Shown here: piece by piece, positions 34,677 to 43,062 of the stretch
Position numbering within the stretch: position 1 is the stretch's first letter
How the letters are laid out: every line of letters starts with the position of its first letter
Assembly (NCBI GenBank): GCA_950097015.1
Contig: CATNEN010000007.1
Location: 6,510,001-6,574,000 of the forward strand
From: Macrostomum hystrix
Taxonomy: Eukaryota; Animalia; Platyhelminthes
Direction of reading: 5' to 3'
DNA length: 64,000 bases
The notes under the pieces: model-generated
Database searches by the model: none
What the model was told of the DNA's origin: nothing
Seen by the model: only the letters and a program-made list of their open reading frames with translations
Made by a program: the position numbers and the translations under genes

Positions 34677-37600
34677 TCACTGGTAGTGGGAGTACCGCTT
34701 CCTCGGCACAAAGCCATACTTGTTAGGCTTACGCGGTGCCTCCCGGTGATTCGTGACAGGTGTCGGACCCACTGGCTCATTGATGACTGGGCATTTTCTT
34801 GGCCGCAGGTTGTACCGCACCTCTTGCCACTGAAGTGGTGCCGCCGCTTCGCTGGCTGCATCCGCTCGGTCCTCAGCTTCCTCCTCGCGGGCTGGTTCCT
34901 CTACAGCATTATGGCCTGATGGCTCCGCTTCAGGTTCTTCTTCACTATCTTCTTCCGACTCTTCTAACTCTTCTTCCATTTCCATTTCAGAGTCCTCCAT
35001 AAGTTCTTCTGCCGAACTTCCAGATTCCGTGTCTGGGCCTCCATCAGTTTCCTCAACCTCACTTCCACTTATGTCTGTCCCTTTGCGGGCTCTCCATTGG
35101 ATTCTTTCCTCCTCTGAGTCAGAGCTTTCTTCTTGCTCGATTTCCTGGATTGGCCTTTTCACCATCCTAGGTTGCGCTTCCCTTCTCTTTTTGGTCTTCT
35201 GAGCAGTCTCCTGCCTTCCCTTATCTGTTTGTTCTCTCTTCTCTACGTCAGAACTTATGGTCATATCCGTGGCTTTGACCGAGTTCGGTACAGGAGTCAG
35301 ATTATTCCGGTGTACCAGCATCATGGCACCGATTAGTTTTCCATCCTCCTCTTTTTGAACTCGGAAAACTGTATCCGAAAGCTTAGCTAACACTCTGTAA
35401 GAGGCTCTCTTCTTTCGGTGAAATTTATGACTCTCGTCACCATGCAACTGTGGATTGTTTATCAATACGAGACCGCCGATTGGCACGGCCTTGGTGATCA
35501 CTGTCTCAGCAGCCTGCTCCCGACGGTCTCGCACCTTTTCTAATTTCTTCTGAACCACCTTCTGCATCTCCTCAATTCTTTTAGCATGATCGGCTACATA
35601 GCTAGGATAGTCGTAGTACAATCTGGGCCTTTTGACTACACTGTCTATTGGCAACTCCGCCTCACGTCCGAACAATAGATAATGTGGAGTGAATCCTGTT
35701 GTCTGATTTACACTCGTTCGAACAGCCACTAAAGCTGCTGGGATCAACAGGTCCCAGTCGGAGTGGTCTTTCTCAACTAGACAGGTGATGATGGACTTTA
35801 TCTGACAGTTAAATCTTTCTACAAGGCCGTTGCTTTGCGCATGATATGGCGTCGTGCAGGTATGCTTGATACCATACAATGTACAAAACGCCTGGAACTG
35901 ACGGCTCACAAAAGTTTTCCCGTTGTCAGTGTGGATCCAACGACACTGACCATACTCACTAAAAATTCTTTCTTGTAGGAGTTTAATAACTGTGTCCGAC
36001 TTTTGATTCCTGATTGGAAATGCAAACGGGAACTTAGTAGTGCTGTCGATGACTGTTAGCACGTACTTGTGTCCTCGTCGGCTTTCTTTAGAAATCGGCC
36101 CAATCAGATCAATGTGTAGGCGATGGAATGCCTCGCACACAGGAAATGTTTGCACCGGTGCCTTCACCTTATTACCTGCTTTACTCTCGAGGCATGGGAT
36201 GCACTCGGCCACATAATTCTCTACAGTAGTAACTAGGCCAGGTTTCCAGAATCGCTCTCGTACCTTTTGTACGGTTTTATCTCGTCCAAGATGTCCTGCT
36301 AAAGGACTGTCATGCAATTCTCGGAGGACCTCTTTTTCTATTCCACTCGGAAGTACTACTTTCCGGGTACCGTCATTCACGATGGTTAACATTCCATCCT
36401 CAATCTTCATCTGCTCGTATGATTTGATCATCTTTTTCAGCTCGTGGCTAGCCCCTGTGGGTAATTCTGGCCTCAGTATTCCTTGTTCCTTCCACTCAAT
36501 CAGGATTTTAACGTCCTGATCCTCTCTCTGTGCAATAACCAGCTGTTCCTTCGTCAGTGGTACTGACAGGAAATCTGTTAATAATTTTCGGCATGCCGTT
36601 GTCTCTTCCAATTCCTCATCTTCGAAATAGTCTCTTGCGTCCACGAAAATTTCATTCGCATCATCATCATCTGTATCGATGCCACTGTCTGTCTGACAGC
36701 TCTGACTCATCATGGCTCGTCCAGTGATTTGACTTTGGTTAATCTTTGCTTCAGAAGCCTCTTTAATTTCCGATGGTCTTCTAGACAAGCTGTCTGCATT
36801 GCTATGCTTAGCTCCGCTTCTATGCTGGATCTCGTACTGAAACTCACTCAACCGTTCTAACCACCTTCCTAAAATACCCTGGGCTTCTGTTTGACGTAGT
36901 AGCCACAGGATCGCTTTGTGGTCGGTACGTGCCAAGAACTTCTTCCCGATCAAATAGAATCGGAAGTGTTTCATACCATCCACCAAGGCGAGCAATTCCT
37001 TTCGTGTTATCGGATATCGTTTTTCAGATTCCGTCATTGCCCTGCTGAAATAGGCGATTGGTCTTTCTACTCCATCTGCCTGGATTTGTCCAAGACAGGC
37101 TCCTATCCTTCCTTCGGATGCATCAGTGTCTAACACCATTTTGACATATTCTGAGAATTCGGGATAAGCCAACACATCGGTGGACATCATTTTCTGTTTT
37201 AGAAGTGCAAACGCCTCGTCATGTTTCGAGTTCCATTTCTCCTTAAAGTTCGTTATACCCTTTTTGGTTAACTGAAACAGCGGATGCGCTGCTTCGGCAT
37301 AGTCTTTAACGAATCTACAATAGTAGTTGCATAGGCCCAAGAAACTTCTTAATTCCTTGACGTCTTGCGGAGTAGGCCATGATCGGATGGCTTCGATTTT
37401 GGCCGGATCTGTTCGAATTCCATTTCGGCCTACTATGTGGCCTAGATATTTCAGTTCTTCTTGAAACAGATTACATTTTCTTGGTCTCAATTTCAGTCCA
37501 GCTTCGGATAATCTCCGGAACACTTCTCGTAGGTGACACAGATGTTCATCGAATTCCTTCGAGTAAGTAACGATATCGTCGATGTACGACATCGCGAACT

Positions 37601-39287
37601 TGTGTTGAATGCCGATCAACACAAGGTTCATCAACCTCTGGAAGGTTCCAGGTGCATTTGACAAGCCTTGAGCCATTACTTGGTACTCAAACTGGCCCCT
37701 AGTTAATGTCGAGAATGCCGTCATATGTTTGTGTTCTTCTTTAATTGGGACTTGCCAGTATCCAGAGTTAAGGTCTAAACTGCTGAAATACTGACTTCCA
37801 GTAAGGTGAGAGAATGTCTCCTGAATATTAGGTAACGGATACGGATAGTACTCCACACGAGAATTCAGTACTCGAAAGTCACTCACGATCCTTATTGTAC
37901 CATCCTTCTTTGGTACTATGACCAAGGGTGTCGAATAGGTGCTATAACATGGCCTAATCAGGTTTTTGGCCAGCATGTCATCAAGCAAATCATCCACCTG
38001 TTTTTGCAAATGAGGCAGAATTCTGCGAGTCGGTATTCTGACTGGCGTAGTATCTTTAATAGCAATTTCATGCGTCACCAAATGTGTCAGACCCATATCT
38101 TGCTCGGTCTGAGAGAACGCTGCTCTGTTCTCTTTCAGCAATTGTATAACTTGTTCCTTTTGTTCCGAATTCATCTCTCCGATGTTAACCTCCTTGATCC
38201 ATTCATCAATGTCCTTTGAGGCTTCCTCTCTCTTTACAGCATTGACTTGTCCGGTATTTTGACTCGAATTGATTGAATTAACAAAATAATTCAAGTTCTT
38301 CGCTGTTAATGGCTTGGCATAGCCAATAAGAGCTGCTCCTTTCACTTTGACTTCTCTGTTCTGTTTATTGACTAGTTCTATGACTCCAACTCCTTCGTTC
38401 AAGGTTACTAATGCTGGTACTAGCTCCAGATCATAACCTTTGGCTGCAATATAGCCGTCATTAGTCTCAATCACCATGCGAGTACCGTAATTAGCTTCGG
38501 CATTTTCTCCCAATCGGATTGGCACTTTCAAAGCACTATTCGCTGGTATCGTGATCTGATTCTGGCAATAGACTCGTCGAATTCGAACAGGTAGTCTTGT
38601 GAACTGAATTGGGATGCAGATCCCATCTTTCAGTACCAAGACTCCTTTACTGAAATTGATACCATCACAGTAGTCTGTGAGAAAGTCCATTCCAAGGATG
38701 TCGTCACAGTCGTGGTCACACAGAAGAAATCTTGTCTCAATCTCAATTTCTCCGAACTTCACTTTAAGCATTGCTTCACCTCTAAGTGACACAACTGATC
38801 CGTCAAACGTGGTGACTCTCAAATTGCATGGTTCTATCTCGTCGTCACAAACCACTCTCTTCCATGAACTCCTACTTAAAAAGTTGTTTCCGGCTCCTGT
38901 GTCTATCAAAAACATAATATCTCGCTTTCGTATCTTTCCATTCACAATTGCTTCCTGACCTTTCTTGACCGGCTCTGGAATTCTGATCGTCTCAATGGGT
39001 GACTCACTTTTAATTTCTTTGCTAGCGGCTTTCTGACTTGTTTCACATGGTGTAACTGGTGCTTTCGCATGTGCTTGCATTTTTGCAGTGCTGGGTGCAT
39101 ACGCATGGTGCTGTCTCATTTCTCGCGGCTGATTAAACTTGTTGAAATAATAATTATTTTTCTTGTAAGCAAAACGTTGGTTATCAATTTTATACGCACT
39201 ATTTACAAACTCTGAGGCCTGGAATTTGTTAAAGGATTTTCCGGAGGAACGGGGCCTCGACTTACGTCCCTCGTATTTTAGTTTCCC
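34677..39287 (-). CDS. pol: Gypsy Pol (PR-RT-RNaseH-IN), entered by -1 frameshift; ATG-defined ORF 39119-34677
   Basis: Motifs LIDTGA, YIDD, TDAS..RTDH, HHCC (LHDSPLAGH..CIPC) and integrase core (IDLIGP, TDNG, SNGLVER). The -1 frame is open from the gag stop through to 39119. Confidence 0.95.
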   Translation of the reverse strand, partial: GKLKYEGRKSRPRSSGKSFNKFQASEFVNSAYKIDNQRFAYKKNNYYFNKFNQPREMRQHHAYAPSTAKMQAHAKAPVTPCETSQKAASKEIKSESPIETIRIPEPVKKGQEAIVNGKIRKRDIMFLIDTGAGNNFLSRSSWKRVVCDDEIEPCNLRVTTFDGSVVSLRGEAMLKVKFGEIEIETRFLLCDHDCDDILGMDFLTDYCDGINFSKGVLVLKDGICIPIQFTRLPVRIRRVYCQNQITIPANSALKVPIRLGENAEANYGTRMVIETNDGYIAAKGYDLELVPALVTLNEGVGVIELVNKQNREVKVKGAALIGYAKPLTAKNLNYFVNSINSSQNTGQVNAVKREEASKDIDEWIKEVNIGEMNSEQKEQVIQLLKENRAAFSQTEQDMGLTHLVTHEIAIKDTTPVRIPTRRILPHLQKQVDDLLDDMLAKNLIRPCYSTYSTPLVIVPKKDGTIRIVSDFRVLNSRVEYYPYPLPNIQETFSHLTGSQYFSSLDLNSGYWQVPIKEEHKHMTAFSTLTRGQFEYQVMAQGLSNAPGTFQRLMNLVLIGIQHKFAMSYIDDIVTYSKEFDEHLCHLREVFRRLSEAGLKLRPRKCNLFQEELKYLGHIVGRNGIRTDPAKIEAIRSWPTPQDVKELRSFLGLCNYYCRFVKDYAEAAHPLFQLTKKGITNFKEKWNSKHDEAFALLKQKMMSTDVLAYPEFSEYVKMVLDTDASEGRIGACLGQIQADGVERPIAYFSRAMTESEKRYPITRKELLALVDGMKHFRFYLIGKKFLARTDHKAILWLLRQTEAQGILGRWLERLSEFQYEIQHRSGAKHSNADSLSRRPSEIKEASEAKINQSQITGRAMMSQSCQTDSGIDTDDDDANEIFVDARDYFEDEELEETTACRKLLTDFLSVPLTKEQLVIAQREDQDVKILIEWKEQGILRPELPTGASHELKKMIKSYEQMKIEDGMLTIVNDGTRKVVLPSGIEKEVLRELHDSPLAGHLGRDKTVQKVRERFWKPGLVTTVENYVAECIPCLESKAGNKVKAPVQTFPVCEAFHRLHIDLIGPISKESRRGHKYVLTVIDSTTKFPFAFPIRNQKSDTVIKLLQERIFSEYGQCRWIHTDNGKTFVSRQFQAFCTLYGIKHTCTTPYHAQSNGLVERFNCQIKSIITCLVEKDHSDWDLLIPAALVAVRTSVNQTTGFTPHYLLFGREAELPIDSVVKRPRLYYDYPSYVADHAKRIEEMQKVVQKKLEKVRDRREQAAETVITKAVPIGGLVLINNPQLHGDESHKFHRKKRASYRVLAKLSDTVFRVQKEEDGKLIGAMMLVHRNNLTPVPNSVKATDMTISSDVEKREQTDKGRQETAQKTKKRREAQPRMVKRPIQEIEQEESSDSEEERIQWRARKGTDISGSEVEETDGGPDTESGSSAEELMEDSEMEMEEELEESEEDSEEEPEAEPSGHNAVEEPAREEEAEDRADAASEAAAPLQWQEVRYNLRPRKCPVINEPVGPTPVTNHREAPRKPNKYGFVPRKRYSHYQ
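39214..39287 (-). promoter_or_regulatory. -1 ribosomal frameshift signal: G GGA AAC slippery heptamer + predicted H-type pseudoknot
   Basis: The heptamer (39287-39281) directly precedes the gag TAA. After an 8-nt spacer come stem1 GAGGGACG/CGUUCCUC and stem2 GAGGCC/GGCCUC. Confidence 0.8.
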
Positions 39288-40186
39288 TGGTTCTGGAAGT
39301 TCTGCTGACCGTTGCCCATCCTCATAGGACAGAATCTGGCAATATGGCCGAGTTTTCCGCAGTTGAAGCAGGTTCGGTTCTGGTTCAAGAATTGCGGCCC
39401 ATTGTACTGCGTATTCGGCTGTTGCAGGAACTTAGGTACATATGGCTTCCTTGGTCCGTACTGTTTCTCAGCCATTTTGCTGGTGAGCTCCTGCAAGAGT
39501 TTCTGCTGTCTTTCAATTTCTTCCTTCTGCTGCACAATTGTTGCCCTTAGAGACTCCTCTTCCTCTTCACCATTTCTGGTAATCCTTACTCCGGCACCTT
39601 TGTGTGTCATGCTCCAGGCGGCTTCCAACCTTCTAAGCATTCTCTTTAGTTCCTGTAGATTGGCAGGCTGAGCAAAGATTAGTTTCTCCCTCATGTCAGC
39701 GGATATCTTGGCTCCCTTGATGTATTGCTCAACCAGTTCATCTTCTCGTTGCTCCATTGTCATGTTTGGGAAGGCTCTGGCAGCCAGTTCAATCAGACTA
39801 TCTGAATAGGCTTCTACCGACTCATTCTTGCCTTGCATTCTTCCTCGAAACTCTTCTCTGAATTCTGCTGGGCTTCCAGTTCGTCCGAATCTTTCTGCTA
39901 TCCGCTCCTTGAATTCTTCGTAGTCAAGGTTTTCTGGGAGGTTCATTCTCTGTACAGAGGCAAATGCTGTGGACAAGTCCAAGTTGGCAAGCGATTCCTG
40001 CTTTCGATGGTCCACATCAATTCCTTCTGTCTCGCATCTTTGATCAAATGCGGTGAGCCACACCTGAATATCCTGATTAGGTGTGAACTTTTGGATCTGC
40101 ACATGGCGTGTTGGAGCAATCTCCAACCGATTTCTCAGCTCTTCCGCGAGTACAGCCATCAAATCTTGTGCTTGAGCTTGATCCAT
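39278..40186 (-). CDS. gag: Gypsy Gag
   Basis: 302-aa ORF with a retrotransposon capsid motif (QGKNESVEAY) and CCHC knuckle CFNCGKLGHIARFC. Confidence 0.93.
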   Translation of the reverse strand: MDQAQAQDLMAVLAEELRNRLEIAPTRHVQIQKFTPNQDIQVWLTAFDQRCETEGIDVDHRKQESLANLDLSTAFASVQRMNLPENLDYEEFKERIAERFGRTGSPAEFREEFRGRMQGKNESVEAYSDSLIELAARAFPNMTMEQREDELVEQYIKGAKISADMREKLIFAQPANLQELKRMLRRLEAAWSMTHKGAGVRITRNGEEEEESLRATIVQQKEEIERQQKLLQELTSKMAEKQYGPRKPYVPKFLQQPNTQYNGPQFLNQNRTCFNCGKLGHIARFCPMRMGNGQQNFQNQGN

Positions 40187-40246
40187 TGTTACTCCTCAAT
40201 GGGGTTATTTCGCTGTTTCTCTGATCCTTTCCGCTGCCACCAAAGT

Positions 40247-40509
40247 TGTAACAGGGCTTGTCTCTCTACTTTTCTCTCTAATGGTAGCGTATCACTCGGC
40301 GCGAGCGGTTTAACCTTCTAAGGCACTGGCCACACTGGCACGTTGATTTGTCTCAACTGAATTACACTCGTTTATATACACAAAAGAAAATGTTTGTTAA
40401 AGTAAACGAATTTGACAAAATTTTACATATAAAAATTATTTAGCGCATTCAAACAAAAGCATAGACACGAATTTGACTTTAAAGAAATAATAAAAGCATC
40501 CCTACTACA
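40247..40509 (-). repeat. 5' LTR (263 bp; ~109 bp shorter than the 3' LTR)
   Basis: Same termini as the 3' LTR, with a gap after AGGCACTGGC. Confidence 0.92.
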
Positions 40510-41736
40510 AAAATAACAAATATAAAATACGAAAATAAATCGACAAGGAAAAAACGAGCACTATTTTTAATCCACACAAGGCATGCTGTCCACAAAGAAT
40601 GACTACTATTTTGAAATTTAAAAGTACACAAAAAACCTTAACAAAATAAAGATTCGTCCCATTTACAACTGCAATAAGGCGGAAAGCCTTTTTGTTTACG
40701 AGTTGGAGTGGTAGCGAAGTTTGTGTGCTGCATTGCACGTATATTTATATACAATGCAAGAGCGAGATAGAGGGGTCTAGGGAGGTGCGAACTGGTGGCA
40801 TGACTTCATACCCCGGCTTAGCGAGCCGGCTGGCTGGGTGCACCAACCCCCACCTCAACTAGACTGAGGTTGAGGGGTTTTGGGTGCGGCTGCACTGGCG
40901 CTGGCTGGTCGCGTGTTGACTCTCCACCACAGCAAAGTATTATTCTTTTAGTTTCGATGACAAAAAGAAATTCTTGTAGTGAAAAGTTCCAAGGCAAGGA
41001 TGAAATGCAAAGATTCATTTCTACACATTGCCATCATTTCAAAGAAATAAGCATATTGGCAGGAGTAAGTCATGAAATAAAATCAAAATGGAAGCAATAA
41101 CCAAAGCACAGGCACAAACTTTGTCACTTCTGAGATGCTAATTAACCCTGATCACAGATTGACATTCAAATAAAAACTGTTGATTTCGTTATTTAATAAC
41201 AATATTGGCAAATTAAAAGCTGAAAATTGAGCAAATGTTCTATCGATCAGGCACAAGGTTCGATTAAAATCAATCAATGCAGCCATATCAAATTGAACTA
41301 AGAAGACTAAAAAACTAAAAAGACAGGGGGAAGCTAAAAACATTAAATAAATCATAAAAACAACATTGGACAGCACAAAGGACATAAGATCTAATTGATT
41401 TTAGCTGGGGAAGCGATACCAAGCAAGGGGCACCTTAATTTTTTGTAAAATGACACAAACAGTAGCAACCAACATTAATAGTGCGCTAGGTCCCACACAA
41501 CTAGTTTCCAAGCAGTTCAATTAGACCCTGACTGGCCAGCGGCCATGGCTAGACCGGTCCACAATGTGCCTATTGTAACTGATGGTGACACGCAGGCCGC
41601 CAGTGTTGGCCTCGCCGAGGCACACCAACTGACAGGGCAATTCCTCGTCGCTTTCCTCATCGACTCTGATAACAGACAGACAGACCCGCTGCCGCTGCTG
41701 CTTATAATCAGACTGATAATAGTTAGCGTTTTCATC

Positions 41737-42153
41737 TCAGCCCCGAGAAGACTGAATAGTAGTGTAGCGCGGTTTATAGCAACTGTGAAGCTTCTCCTGC
41801 TGGAGTGCATGCTGGCCAAAGCTCTGCGATCGAAAAGTGCCACCACCTTGACTAGCGCCTTGGTTGGACTTGGCGCCGCCTGTTCTCTGTCGCTGGATAA
41901 GCGAGCAGATGTGGCTTGTCTCCTCTGTTTCTCGACCAAATGCGACTAACTCGCCATTCACTAGGTGGATGTAGCCTACATTAGGCAAGCTGCACATTAG
42001 TGAAGTCACATTTTCATGTCCAGCCAGATCAAGGGCGTGCCCGGCCAGGGCCCTGTACTGGGCCTGCAGCTCGCATAGTCGGACACCATTCTTAGTGCTG
42101 AGAAGTACAGCCCGAAGCAGGCTGTCTTGAGCAGTGGGGCTGGGAGTCGACAT
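41737..42153 (-). CDS. Stand-alone extended LOTUS (OST-HTH) domain ORF, TDRD5/TDRD7-like N-terminus, cargo of element C
   Basis: MSTPSPTAQDSLLRAVLLSTKNGVRLCELQAQYRALAG..SLMCSLPNV..ETSHICSLIQRQR resembles, from memory, the TDRD7/TDRD5 eLOTUS domain including its C-terminal extension helix. A splice acceptor TTTTCAG lies just upstream of the ATG. Confidence 0.75.
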   Translation of the reverse strand: MSTPSPTAQDSLLRAVLLSTKNGVRLCELQAQYRALAGHALDLAGHENVTSLMCSLPNVGYIHLVNGELVAFGRETEETSHICSLIQRQRTGGAKSNQGASQGGGTFRSQSFGQHALQQEKLHSCYKPRYTTIQSSRG

Positions 42154-42897
42154 GAATAAACAGCTGAAAATCAATATATAAGGATTAGAGCAAAGAGGCT
42201 AGCTAAGGAAAATGCTGTATACTTCATAAATATATAAATATTTGTAGAAATTGATTTATTAGGCCTAGTCTAAGTGCTAATTAGACAATAAAAACAATTG
42301 AAGTATGCAGCTAAATATTTTGAAAAGCCTACTCCTAACATTTACCAAACTAGTGTTTAGCATTAAGAAAGTATATTTGCCTGTTTAAATTGCACTTTTT
42401 GTTGTTGTGATTTGGAATCACATTAACAACAATTATAACACAGCTGTTTTTAATAACAAAATGAATAATAAATAATACACAAATAAAGAAAAAAAATTTT
42501 AACAATCCATTTTAGATTTAATTTAAGACTACAAATGATTATAATGTTAAAGTTAGAAGCATTATATTTCTATAGGGCCTATGTTTTGTTTTTATAACAA
42601 TAATATAGACAATATGATATTTAAGCCTAACTATCTTTGTTTGTTCCTTTTTAAACAGCTATAACAGTGTAATATGACAATATAATATGGTGCCTAGAAA
42701 ATGTAGTGTCCTAGTTGTGCCACTATCAGTAGGCCTAGGCCTATTTGATATCATTTGATGAGATGCCTAAGCAACAAGATAAGCAAAGGCAAATTAGCAG
42801 TTTTGTTATTGACAAAGTTAATAACTAGCTGTACAGGTGGATAGTAGCATGGCCAATATAGCATTGGGGCCTAGTCAGTAAAATTAGTAAAATTTTA

Positions 42898-43062
42898 CAC
42901 CACTTCACACCTCTTCAGATGCAATGCCAGGCCTACGGAGCTCACGTTAGAAAACCTCTGGACTGATCCTGTTAAGGCCGCCACCTTCCTGAGACTACCG
43001 ACGAGCGAGGTAGAGTGTGAGCGTCCCGAACTAGCCTAAAGGAAGGCTACAACATACAACAC
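42898..43062 (+). mobile_element. Short 3'-end fragment of a non-LTR retrotransposon
   Basis: Encodes TTSHLFRCNARPTELTLENLWTDPVKAATFLRLP..*, a LINE ORF2 C-terminus-like motif (H-L-F-x-C..LW..P...A.FL), followed by a CAA-rich tail. Confidence 0.55.

Larger units (their letters stand above)
34107..40509 (-). mobile_element. Full-length Ty3/Gypsy LTR retrotransposon nested in element C
   Basis: TG..CA LTRs at 40247-40509 (5') and 34107-34478 (3'). PBS TGGTGGCAGCGG (tRNA-Leu-like). PPT AGGGAAGGCAAG next to the 3' LTR. AAAA on both flanks. Gag and pol are intact. Confidence 0.95.
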
